Shown in pieces: positions 1-9,167 of a DNA stretch of 27,132 nt. Position 1 is the first letter of the stretch. The number at the start of each line of letters is the position of its first letter. The notes below the pieces were generated by a model that worked only from the letters and a program-made list of their open reading frames with translations, ran no database searches and was not told the origin of the DNA. This DNA comes from Elusimicrobiota bacterium. GTDB taxonomy: Bacteria; CG03; SLGR01; JBDRKX01. Made by a program: the position numbers and the translations under genes. The DNA is taken from NCBI GenBank assembly GCA_043813605.1, contig JBDRKX010000070.1, positions 1 through 27,132 of the forward strand, read 5' to 3'.

Positions 1-701
1 TGTATGTGTATTTATCAAAAGGCAAAAGAGAACTATTCTGGAATTGTATCAAGGCAATAGCGATTCATAGAGATTTTCCGAATACAATTGTCAGGTTCCT
101 GATGAAAAGCAGGTTTTTTAAAAAATATCCGAAGATATTGCTTTTTCTGGCACATAACTATATAAGATTGTTTGCCAAGTACAGGATCAGATTTGATAAG
201 CATAGAATACATTTTGAAAAACTCATTCCACTGAGTTGTGCGGATACAGTAGAATATGTACCCCAGGAATATATCCGGCAGACTTTCATCGTGGAAAATG
301 CTGAGTGGATGTTTTATAAACCGAAATTGGAGACGAGTCTTTTTTTACCGGATAATTCAAGTGGTAAAAAAAAATGCTGTTTAAGGATAAGGAATGAAGA
401 GAGACTAAGGAGATTCATTAAGATCATTATCGTAATTAAGCCCTTTAAAAAAGAAGATGAATATGAGGCAGGAGTATCATTATGGGCGGCCGGGATTCCC
501 ATAGGGGCCGAAATCCAAAGTGAGATGAATTTCAGTTTTTCGGAAGAGGGTATCTATTATTCAAGGGAAGGGGAACCGGTAAAAGCACGGTTGCTGAAAG
601 GAAGGTATCCCGGAGCGGGTCATAAAAGGCTGTATTCAGTAGATATGAAGTATGGAGTAAGAAAGAAAGTTTCCATGGGAACTGTTTTGCTTGAATTGTA
701 A
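1..701 (+). CDS. C-terminal part of a probable cobalamin-binding radical SAM protein, paralog of 2126..4147 (5' truncated by the window)
   Basis: The frame is open back to the window edge, so the GTG at 6 is probably internal. The translation aligns collinearly with the last ~230 aa of 2126..4147: YVYLSKGKRELFWNCIKAIAI vs FVQLSKTKNDMFWNCIKAMAI, and LYSVDMKY...MGTVLLEL vs LYAVKMRY...IGSILLKV. Radical SAM identity is inferred from the paralog only. Confidence 0.75.
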   Translation, partial: YVYLSKGKRELFWNCIKAIAIHRDFPNTIVRFLMKSRFFKKYPKILLFLAHNYIRLFAKYRIRFDKHRIHFEKLIPLSCADTVEYVPQEYIRQTFIVENAEWMFYKPKLETSLFLPDNSSGKKKCCLRIRNEERLRRFIKIIIVIKPFKKEDEYEAGVSLWAAGIPIGAEIQSEMNFSFSEEGIYYSREGEPVKARLLKGRYPGAGHKRLYSVDMKYGVRKKVSMGTVLLEL

Positions 702-846
702 AATGAAGATCGGGCTGTTCTAGACAGAAAAAAAGAACGGAACAGGTAAATGAAAAAGCTGATGAGGGAAATATTAAAATTAGTATCATGAAATATTTAA
801 GTTGCTGCGATTGTTTCAGGTAATAACGTGACTTAAAGGAAACAAG

Positions 847-2028
847 ATGAAAAAACTATACATAGTAACAGACAGGTGCATAGAAAATAGAACGGAAGCG
901 TCTCTTTATACACAGTATCTGCAGAAAAACGGGTATAAGAAAACGGATAAATTAGAAGAAGCAGATCTTATTATTCTATTCACATGCGGATTTGCTGAAT
1001 GGCGCGAGAATATGTGGATGAATATAATAAAAAAAATACAGAAAAACAAAAAAAAGGATGCCGAGTTAATCATTGGCGGATGCTTATCAAAAATAAACGG
1101 AGAAAAAGTACGGCAGATATTCAGCGGCACTATGATCGGACCGTATGAAATAGACCCGTTAAAAGATATGTTGAATCTTAGCGGGGATCTGGACAGCATA
1201 ATGCCTGTGTATTTCCAGCGTAAAAATGCTGGTATTGTGCCTAAAAATCTATACTCTGCGCATAAGTACTATTATAACCAGATTTTCAGCAGGGCCTGTG
1301 TAATAAAAGTGTCCAGCGGCTGTACCGGTAATTGCACGTTCTGCGCAATCAAGAAGGCGAAATCAAAGTTGCAGAGTACTTCTATAGAAAGGATTGTCGA
1401 GAGCCTTGAATACGGACTTGAAAAGGGGTATAGAAACATTATTTTAAGTGCTGATGACCTGGGATCATATGGTTGTGATATAGGAACCGACATGTTTGAG
1501 CTGCTTAATAAAATACTGAAGATATCGAGTCCGCAGGCCCATAAAATGGAAATAAGGTATCTGGAACCTAAATGGCTGATAGGCAATACGGGGAAATTCA
1601 GGGATTTATTGAAAGATACAGAAAAAATCTCTTTCATCTGTATACCGATACAATCAGGAAGCGGTAAAATACTGAAACTGATGAATCGGGATGACCGGAT
1701 CCAGGAATGCATAGACTGTGTAAATCAACTATATGAAATCCTGCCGTCGACTTTTATCAGGACTCATTTTATTGCGGGATTTCCCGGTGAGACTGATGAT
1801 GATTTCAGTAAGACCTTAAAACTGATAGATGAAATGAAATTCGACATAGCGCAGGTATACAGATACTCAGACAGACAGAATATCAGGGCGTCGGAACTGG
1901 ATAACAAAGTACCGGAGCAAATAAAGAAAGAGCGAGCGAAGTTGCTGGAGACCAGGATAAAAAACAAGACGAGGATGCGGAGTTTTATTAAATATCACAG
2001 GTATAGATATTGTAAGCTGTATAGATAA
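847..2028 (+). CDS. MiaB/RimO/MtaB-like methylthiotransferase-family radical SAM protein lacking the TRAM domain
   Basis: N-terminal MTTase (UPF0004) domain with three auxiliary-cluster cysteines (DRCIEN, ADLIILFTCGF, IIGGCL). Radical SAM motif SSGCTGNCTFC, plus IPIQSGS, FIAGFPGETDDDF and YS.R...A. The protein ends shortly after KKERAKLL. AAGGA RBS upstream. Confidence 0.85.
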   Translation: MKKLYIVTDRCIENRTEASLYTQYLQKNGYKKTDKLEEADLIILFTCGFAEWRENMWMNIIKKIQKNKKKDAELIIGGCLSKINGEKVRQIFSGTMIGPYEIDPLKDMLNLSGDLDSIMPVYFQRKNAGIVPKNLYSAHKYYYNQIFSRACVIKVSSGCTGNCTFCAIKKAKSKLQSTSIERIVESLEYGLEKGYRNIILSADDLGSYGCDIGTDMFELLNKILKISSPQAHKMEIRYLEPKWLIGNTGKFRDLLKDTEKISFICIPIQSGSGKILKLMNRDDRIQECIDCVNQLYEILPSTFIRTHFIAGFPGETDDDFSKTLKLIDEMKFDIAQVYRYSDRQNIRASELDNKVPEQIKKERAKLLETRIKNKTRMRSFIKYHRYRYCKLYR

Positions 2029-2125
2029 AATGCAGTTGATTCGTCTTTTAAACAGGTAATTATGGCATACAGGAAAAAATTGCCGTATGCGATGTCATAG
2101 AACATGCAAAACAGGATAATAGTAA

Positions 2126-4147
2126 ATGACAACCGGTAAGAAAGATAAACCTATAATCCTTATCTCTATCTTCAGTATAGATTTTGGGATCCGGAGTATA
2201 AGCTCTTTTCTTAAAATTCATGGCTATCAAACGGAGATTATTTTTTATAATAAGGTAAGATATGCCGAGGGATTTCTATACAACGATTTTCTTACCAACA
2301 GGCTTCTTCGGCATCAAGTATATTCTAAACAGGATATTGACCTGCTGATTTCAAGGCTTAAGGAAAGAGATCCGGCTATAGTAGGATTAAGTGTCAGTTC
2401 CACTCATATGCAGACTGCTAAACATATTACCAGTGAGATCAAAAAACAAATTGATTGTATTGTCGTGTGGGGAGGTATTCACGCTATTATTGCTCCGGAT
2501 GAATGTATCCGGTATGCAGATATAGTGTGCACCGGAGAAGGGGAATACCCCATGCTTGAATTGGCGGATAAAGTGAAAGAGGGTAAGCCAATAAGCGGGA
2601 TAAAGAACCTGTGGATAAAAAAAGACACTGAAATAGAGAAAAACAGGATGCGGCCTCTTGTTCAGGATCTGGATACACTTCCTTTTCCTGATTTCATTGA
2701 CAGGGACAATAAAATTCTGATAGATCGCGGCAAATCGGGAAAAGATAATTATATAATTTCTGCCAGCCAGAAAAACGTCTATCCTATAATGACTTCGAGG
2801 GGATGCATGTACAGGTGTGCATACTGCTGCAATAGTATCATCAGGGAAAGGTATGAGGGATTGGGCCCGTATTTAAGAAGAAGAAGCGTGGATAATGTTA
2901 TTTCAGAACTAAAGGCTGTTTTAAGAGAAAGGCCTGTCCATACCATCAGATTCTGGGATGATGTTTTTACTTACGATAAAAAGTGGGTCGATGAGTTCTG
3001 TGAAAAGTACCCGGTTGAAGTCGGCATGCCTTTTAATTGTTATGCGCATCCCGCCAAGACCGCCAAAGAAATATTGACAAAATTGAGAAATGCCGGTTTA
3101 AAATGGGTAAATATAGGCATACAGAGCGGCAGCGAAGAAGTCTCAAGAGATATATTTTCAAGGCAGCAATACAACGATAATATTCTTGAACATGTCAGAT
3201 TCATAGCTCAGCTCGGGATAACTATCTGCTATGATCTGATACTGGAAAATCCTTATGAATCCGATACCGATCAGCAGAATACCGTAGAATTACTTTTAAG
3301 TCTGCCCAAGTACTATAGAGTACATCTTTATTCACTTTGCTGGTTTCCGAAAACACCTTTAACTGAAAGGGCATTGGAAGAGGGTCGGATTGCCGAAGGT
3401 TATCAGGAACAGTATACATCCAAGGCACTTAATAATTTCCATATGTTCGTCCAGTTGTCCAAAACAAAAAACGATATGTTCTGGAATTGCATAAAGGCCA
3501 TGGCGATAAACAATTACTGTTCTGATTCGTTAGTCAGATCATGCTGCAAGAATATGTTTTTTAGGAAATGGCCCGGGTTTTTGTTTGAACTTGCCAAGGT
3601 ATATCTCAGGCTCCGGTCGAAATATACAGTAATCAAAAGAGATAAAAAATATATTATTACAAGACTGGTGCCCCGTAATCTGTCGGGAGCGGTCCGGTAT
3701 CAGGATATCGGGTCACTGAAAAAAGGCTTTGTGCTCGAGCAATCGAAATGGTTATTTAAAATACCTGAGTTTGAGAATATCATTTACAATACAGGAGAAA
3801 AAGATGGCGGCAAGAGGATATGCCTGGGAATAAGGAGTCAGTTCAAAAGTGCGGTTTTCAGGAAATTAATAATAGTAGCAGTTATTCCGTTTGAAATAGA
3901 AAGAAGAAGTTCTTTTAAAACTGTGTTATGGCGAGTGGAATTACCTGAAGATTACGATCACGGCAGCAAAATATACTTTGATTTTAGAAAACCTGAATTG
4001 CATTACCTGGTAAACGGGAAAGAATACAAAGCGGAAATCTTGAACAAAGAAACACAACCCGTGTTGAGCGAGGGATTGTATGCTGTTAAGATGCGTTATG
4101 CTGAACCGGGTCAACACAATATCGGAAGTATATTATTGAAGGTATAG
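2126..4147 (+). CDS. Cobalamin-binding (class B) radical SAM protein with a long C-terminal extension
   Basis: B12-binding domain (GIRSISSFLK, VGLS, VVWGGIHA, VCTGEGE, DLDTLPFPD). Radical SAM motif SRGCMYRCAYC, plus RRRSVDNVI.E, FWDDVF, IGIQSGS and PKTPL. Confidence 0.9.
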   Translation: MTTGKKDKPIILISIFSIDFGIRSISSFLKIHGYQTEIIFYNKVRYAEGFLYNDFLTNRLLRHQVYSKQDIDLLISRLKERDPAIVGLSVSSTHMQTAKHITSEIKKQIDCIVVWGGIHAIIAPDECIRYADIVCTGEGEYPMLELADKVKEGKPISGIKNLWIKKDTEIEKNRMRPLVQDLDTLPFPDFIDRDNKILIDRGKSGKDNYIISASQKNVYPIMTSRGCMYRCAYCCNSIIRERYEGLGPYLRRRSVDNVISELKAVLRERPVHTIRFWDDVFTYDKKWVDEFCEKYPVEVGMPFNCYAHPAKTAKEILTKLRNAGLKWVNIGIQSGSEEVSRDIFSRQQYNDNILEHVRFIAQLGITICYDLILENPYESDTDQQNTVELLLSLPKYYRVHLYSLCWFPKTPLTERALEEGRIAEGYQEQYTSKALNNFHMFVQLSKTKNDMFWNCIKAMAINNYCSDSLVRSCCKNMFFRKWPGFLFELAKVYLRLRSKYTVIKRDKKYIITRLVPRNLSGAVRYQDIGSLKKGFVLEQSKWLFKIPEFENIIYNTGEKDGGKRICLGIRSQFKSAVFRKLIIVAVIPFEIERRSSFKTVLWRVELPEDYDHGSKIYFDFRKPELHYLVNGKEYKAEILNKETQPVLSEGLYAVKMRYAEPGQHNIGSILLKV

Positions 4148-4186
4148 AGATGATAAATAGTCCAATGTGCAGTATTAATATTAACG

Positions 4187-5542
4187 ATGTTTAAGATAAG
4201 ATCGGGACATACAGTGCAGACAGAATCGGTTTACCGGGAAAGGCGCAGCAGGGGATTCTGGTTTTACCCTCCTCAAGTCCTGCTTGAACCCGATTGGAAT
4301 GGAATAGACCTGAATGACAGGTCTGATCACAGGGAACAGTCGATTATTTATGTCCAGATCCCGTTTTGCTCTTCATTTTGTACATATTGCCTGTTTTCAG
4401 ATGTAGTAAGATTGAACCAGAAAGACTTAGTAGAAGATTACCTTGCGGCATTGGAAAAAGAGATCCTGTCATATGCTAAAACGGAATATGTAAGATCTCT
4501 GGAGTTTGGTACGATATATTTCGGGGGTGGTACACCGAGCTGTCTTTTATCAACACAACTTCAGAGGTTACTGAATATATTCAGTAATGAATTCAATTTG
4601 AGTGAAGATGTGCAGATAACCGTAGAGGGCAACAGTTCCAGTTTTAATGAAGAAAAACTCTCCAGTATACTTGCCAATGGGGTGAACCGGATAAGTCTGG
4701 GTGTTCAGACATTCAATGACGAAATAGGTAAAATTCTGAATCTTCCTCATAATCATCTGGAAGTCAGCAAAATAATTGAAAAAGCAAGAAAGATCGGTCA
4801 TGAACTTATAAGTATTGATCTTATGTACAATTTGCCGGGGCAGACTATGGAGGTATGGGAGTCTGATCTGGACACAGCCGTTTCTCTGGGATTGGACCAT
4901 ATAACAGTTTACTGCCTGATCATTCCGCCTGCAAAAAAACTGAAAACGACTATCAGCAGACAATTAGAAAACAGAAAAATCCCTCCTGTAGGTACACAGG
5001 AAAAAACTAACAGAATGTATGAGGCCGCTTTAAGAAAACTGGAAAAAGCGGGATTCAGGCAGGATAGTCTTACAGATTTTACCCGGCACGGGATCAGGGA
5101 AGGCTTTAAATATGCAAGATTGATATCCGAATCCAGAAACACGCTGGGATTAGGTCCCAGGGCATTCGGATATTTGAATCATTGTATGTATATTAACTGT
5201 AAATCGCTTGATGATTATATGAACCTTATTGCGGCCGGCCGGATCTCTATTGAAATGGGAAGAAGGAATTCGAAAAAAGAAGAGATGCATGGATTTATGG
5301 TGGTAGGATTAAGGGCATTAAGCGTAAAAAAGAAAGAATTTTTTAAGAGATTCGGTATTGAGCTTGAAGAAGTGTTCTCGCAGACATTGGAAAGCTTAAA
5401 GAAGAAGGGAATGATTATCAGTGACGATGAAGAAGTGCGTTTGTCGCAAAAAGGAATTATTTGGGGAGGGAATGTCTGTAGTGAGTTTATGTCGGATAAC
5501 ACAAAAAAAATGCTCAGAGCATATGAACAGCAAAAAAAATAA
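4187..5542 (+). CDS. HemN-like (class C) radical SAM protein
   Basis: YVQIPFCSSFCTYCLF, TIYFGGGTPS, RISLGVQTF, SIDLMYNLPGQT, LGLGPRAFG and a HemN_C-like tail (VRLSQKGIIW). Confidence 0.88.
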   Translation: MFKIRSGHTVQTESVYRERRSRGFWFYPPQVLLEPDWNGIDLNDRSDHREQSIIYVQIPFCSSFCTYCLFSDVVRLNQKDLVEDYLAALEKEILSYAKTEYVRSLEFGTIYFGGGTPSCLLSTQLQRLLNIFSNEFNLSEDVQITVEGNSSSFNEEKLSSILANGVNRISLGVQTFNDEIGKILNLPHNHLEVSKIIEKARKIGHELISIDLMYNLPGQTMEVWESDLDTAVSLGLDHITVYCLIIPPAKKLKTTISRQLENRKIPPVGTQEKTNRMYEAALRKLEKAGFRQDSLTDFTRHGIREGFKYARLISESRNTLGLGPRAFGYLNHCMYINCKSLDDYMNLIAAGRISIEMGRRNSKKEEMHGFMVVGLRALSVKKKEFFKRFGIELEEVFSQTLESLKKKGMIISDDEEVRLSQKGIIWGGNVCSEFMSDNTKKMLRAYEQQKK

Positions 5543-7292
5543 ACTGGTACTCTTTAACGTGCCGTCATATTATCTGGAACAGCAGCTGGGTGTTCCTCAA
5601 CTGTACGGTTATCTTAAAAAACATGGCTGCAATGTCGTGATGAAGAACCTCAACTATGAATTCTTCAATAAAATATTCACCGAGAAATGGCTTAAAAGAA
5701 TATATGAGAACAGAAAAAACAGGAAACGTGTAAAAAAATACTTTGCTGATAAAGATCCATACAGTTTTATAAATAAGGTAAGTGAGGTTAATGAACTTAT
5801 GGATAAAAAATTCACTAAACTGGGTTACGCTGAATTTCAGAAGAACTACGATATCCTGTCAGAAGCCTGCAAATTCATCTCATCTGCGTATTATCCTTCT
5901 AAAGTAGACCTTTTCTTCGGTATCGATATGGATTATTCTCCATACTCTTATGGGGAAATAATAAGAGCTGCCGATGATAATAATGAGAATGTTCTGATAG
6001 AGTTTTATGAAGAAGAAGTCATCGGATGGCTTAAAGAACAGAAACCCGATCTTGTGGGAATCTCGATCTGTCATATGAATGAATTCCTGCCTGCATTCAC
6101 TTTGATGAAAATCATCAAAAAGCATTTTAATGTACATATTATTATCGGCGGCAAGTCGGTAACGATTATGAGCAGGCATCTCAGAAACAAACCTCTGTTC
6201 AGCCGGTATTTTGATTTCGTAGGTATGGATTCAGGAGAATATACATTAAAGGAGCTGCTGGAGAAGCTTGATAGTCCTGATTTGTGGCAGACTGTCCCGA
6301 ATTTAAAGTTTATGCGTAAATCAGAACTTGTATCGTCAAAAGCCAGAACCCCTTTTGATATAAATGATGCTGAAACTCCGATATACCATGAACCCCGGCC
6401 GGGTGCTATTATCAAACTTGAGACTTCAAAGAAGTGTTACTGGGGAAGATGCATGTTCTGCGGCTGGTCATGTATGCATGAGTCCCGGCATCAAGTGAAA
6501 AAAGAACAATATCAGGAAAGAGATATAGAATTGATTGATAAAGACCTTCGTTATATCAAAGGCCATTACGACCCGTTGTACATAAGACTCAGTAATTCAG
6601 TGATTACACCGGGAGGACTTGAAAAATTCATTGAAGTTAATAAAAAATACGGATTTAAATTTTATGCTTACATAAGAGCGGATGAAAAATTTGCATCATT
6701 TGAATTCTGCAGGAAAATGCAGCAGGGAGGCTTGGCTGCGGTTGCTTTCGGAGTCGAATCTGCGTCAGACAGGCTGAACAAACTGTATAATAAGGGCGTT
6801 TCTATTGAAACGATAGAACAAATCATAAGAAATCTGACAGAAGCAGGTATAGGTGTGAATCTTTTCTGCATTATTAATTTCCCTGATGAAACTGAAGAAG
6901 AAATGAAAAAAACGGTTGAATATATGAAATACCTGTCAGAAAAATATTCATGTCTTCTTCATATGAATAATTTTACGGTTGCTTATGACAGCGGAGTATG
7001 GCATAAATACAGGCAATTCGGAATTACCAGGATAAGAAAGCGTCCGGTAGGCAACTATACTTATATTGACAGATATAAAAGATACAGAAAACTTATGATA
7101 AAAACGAACCCGGTACGTGTGTGGATAAGGGGGGCGGAAGATATGAACATCAGTTATACATGTGATACTGTTATCGGGAAAAAAATTACACGGAAGAAAG
7201 ATAAATATATGTTGAAAACAATGGATGAGCTTGTTGCGTGGGATGTAATGAGAAAGAATTTTCTAAGACTGTTAAAAGCGTGCAGTGAATGA
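5523..7292 (+). CDS. Cobalamin-binding radical SAM protein
   Basis: LGVPQLYGYLK, PDLVGISI, IIIGG, cluster motif KCYWGRCMFC, FGVESASDRL..LYNKG and NFPDETEEE. Start moved from 5421 to the ATG at 5523 (MNSKKNKLVLF), giving a 20-nt overlap with the upstream gene instead of 122 nt. Confidence 0.85.
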   Translation: MNSKKNKLVLFNVPSYYLEQQLGVPQLYGYLKKHGCNVVMKNLNYEFFNKIFTEKWLKRIYENRKNRKRVKKYFADKDPYSFINKVSEVNELMDKKFTKLGYAEFQKNYDILSEACKFISSAYYPSKVDLFFGIDMDYSPYSYGEIIRAADDNNENVLIEFYEEEVIGWLKEQKPDLVGISICHMNEFLPAFTLMKIIKKHFNVHIIIGGKSVTIMSRHLRNKPLFSRYFDFVGMDSGEYTLKELLEKLDSPDLWQTVPNLKFMRKSELVSSKARTPFDINDAETPIYHEPRPGAIIKLETSKKCYWGRCMFCGWSCMHESRHQVKKEQYQERDIELIDKDLRYIKGHYDPLYIRLSNSVITPGGLEKFIEVNKKYGFKFYAYIRADEKFASFEFCRKMQQGGLAAVAFGVESASDRLNKLYNKGVSIETIEQIIRNLTEAGIGVNLFCIINFPDETEEEMKKTVEYMKYLSEKYSCLLHMNNFTVAYDSGVWHKYRQFGITRIRKRPVGNYTYIDRYKRYRKLMIKTNPVRVWIRGAEDMNISYTCDTVIGKKITRKKDKYMLKTMDELVAWDVMRKNFLRLLKACSE

Positions 7293-7408
7293 TAACCGGA
7301 ATACAAATTAGTCTGAAATGCCTGTGAAACATGTTTTAGTCACGAAACTGGGTATCGGAGCAAAGATGCGGCTCTTGAAACAGGTCGCCCAAGGATGAGA
7401 ACTTAATC

Positions 7409-8665
7409 ATGCTTATTTACAGATACCAAAAGGGAAAACACTATAAATTATTTTACGAAATAAAGGATCTGGTGTTTTCGGGAAAAATGCTTCCCGTGAT
7501 GCTGTTCTATCTGAAAATATATTTTCCTGCAGTTATGAGACTGCTTTTTAGCAGAGACAGGAAATGGACGAGGACGGCCATACTAAAACAATTATCACAT
7601 CATCATAACGAAAGAAATCCTATTATGCTGAAAAGGGTATTCAATAATACACTTGAAGTCTGCATAACATATAAATGCAATATAATATGCCAATACTGCT
7701 ATGTCCGGGGCCTTGAAAAAATATATCCAGAAAACATGAACCTGGAAGATTTTAAAAAACTTATTGAATGGGCAAAGTGCGGTAGGTGGAAAAGGATCAG
7801 GATAGCAGGAGGGGAACCGACAATTCATCCTGAGTTTGTTGAAATGCTGAATATTTGTGAACGAAATGACCTTCGAATAAGCATCGCTACGAATAATCTT
7901 TTTTCAGCTGAGATAATGGCTAAAATCAATCGTGGAAATTATGATCTTACAATTGATTATAACGCAAAAAAAGTACTGGATAATGATAAGAAGGCTTTAT
8001 ACGAAAAGAATATAAAACAGCTGAACTTGAGAAGAGTATTTTTCGGATTGTCATATACAATAGGGTCAGAGAACGAGGGAATAGAAGATGTCATCAAAGA
8101 CATAAAGAGATATAGACCTGATTATTTGAGGACATGCTTGGCACTACCGGATTTTAATACAAAGATACTGGGTAAAAGTGTGCTGGAAGGATATCGGGAT
8201 AACCTGTTTGAGAAGATAATGCGAATACAGGATGTCTGTGTCCGGTGCGGCGTAGCATATTATAATTATAGGCCGGTGCCGCCGTGTCTATTTTCGGAAA
8301 AACAATGGCGCCGCATAAAGTCTTATTCCCCTTTTGTTATGTTCCACAGATGCCTTATCGGATATGAGGGGGATTTCTCATGCTTGTTTACAGTGAATCC
8401 TGATCTGTCTTTTTTTCCCTGTGTGGCAATTTTTGATAAAGGAGAAAACATACTGACGTATAAGAATAGACAGGAGATCAGTGATTACTTTAGAAAACAA
8501 CTGAAGAAATATCTGACCATCCCACTGGAAGACGGCTGTAGAAAATGTCCGGCATATATTAATTTTAGGGATAGTATATCCAGCAAAAGGCTGATGAACA
8601 GTTATGATTTCTTTAGTGAAAAATACTGTCAGGGAGCCTGCTTGAGGTATCATCAGCCGAATTGA
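7409..8665 (+). CDS. Radical SAM protein with a C-terminal SPASM/twitch-like auxiliary Fe-S domain
   Basis: ITYKCNIICQYCY, AGGEPTIHP and TN. C-terminal RCLIG..TVNPDLSFFPC...GCRKCPAY...CQGACL. The exact start is uncertain. Confidence 0.85.
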   Translation: MLIYRYQKGKHYKLFYEIKDLVFSGKMLPVMLFYLKIYFPAVMRLLFSRDRKWTRTAILKQLSHHHNERNPIMLKRVFNNTLEVCITYKCNIICQYCYVRGLEKIYPENMNLEDFKKLIEWAKCGRWKRIRIAGGEPTIHPEFVEMLNICERNDLRISIATNNLFSAEIMAKINRGNYDLTIDYNAKKVLDNDKKALYEKNIKQLNLRRVFFGLSYTIGSENEGIEDVIKDIKRYRPDYLRTCLALPDFNTKILGKSVLEGYRDNLFEKIMRIQDVCVRCGVAYYNYRPVPPCLFSEKQWRRIKSYSPFVMFHRCLIGYEGDFSCLFTVNPDLSFFPCVAIFDKGENILTYKNRQEISDYFRKQLKKYLTIPLEDGCRKCPAYINFRDSISSKRLMNSYDFFSEKYCQGACLRYHQPN

Positions 8666-8774
8666 ACCGATGTTTAATTTTTTTAAAAAAAGTTATAGTA
8701 TTGATGTTCTTATGGGATAAAAGATTATGCCAGGATGAGAATACTATTTTCCAGACAGCCCATGGTAAATTACC

Positions 8775-9006
8775 TGTCAACTCATACAAGAATGTAACTT
8801 TAGTAAAGCGCGTTTTTTGAAAAACTTAATATCATGATTTTAATCCTCAAGATTTTTAATACTGGTTGCCAGGTTAAAGATTTTATCAAGTATTTATCAA
8901 TGGTTTTGCTTAATTCAAAAGGGTCTAAAGATTTAAAGTATTTTTTCAATTCTTTTATCTTCTTAGGTTTTGCTGACCTTCCCCCTGTTACTGCGCCACT
9001 TCTAAT
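8775..9006 (-). mobile_element. Probable IS remnant: 3' end of an integrase-core (rve) type transposase plus right terminal repeat
   Basis: The minus strand has a start-less open frame reading ...KPKKIKELKKYFKSLDPFELSKTIDK. With a one-base shift it continues LDKIFNLA, which resembles the C-terminus of ISNCY/IS481-like transposases. It is followed by GTTACATTCTTGTATGAGTTGACA (plus strand 8775-8798, beginning TGT), which looks like an IS end. Recognition is from memory of the family, not a search. Confidence 0.45.
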
Positions 9007-9167
9007 TTAGCTTTTTCTTCAAAATGATTCGGATTATTTTATTATTTCCCCAAAACTTATATAATGATAAGTACTATATCAAATAAAATTGACTTTTAAG
9101 ATTGTTAAAAAATGCACTTAAATGTTTTGATTGGGACAATTTGCTGAGTTAATAGAATATATTTAAA

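Noticed and set aside
5421..5522. 34-aa N-terminal extension of the B12-radical SAM ORF
   Set aside because: It overlaps the conserved C-terminus of the HemN-like gene by 122 nt. The ATG at 5523 gives a normal domain start.
847..5542. Assigning gene symbols miaB/rimO or hemN/hemW
   Set aside because: The TRAM domain and the HemN/HemW signature residues are missing, and the context argues against housekeeping orthology.
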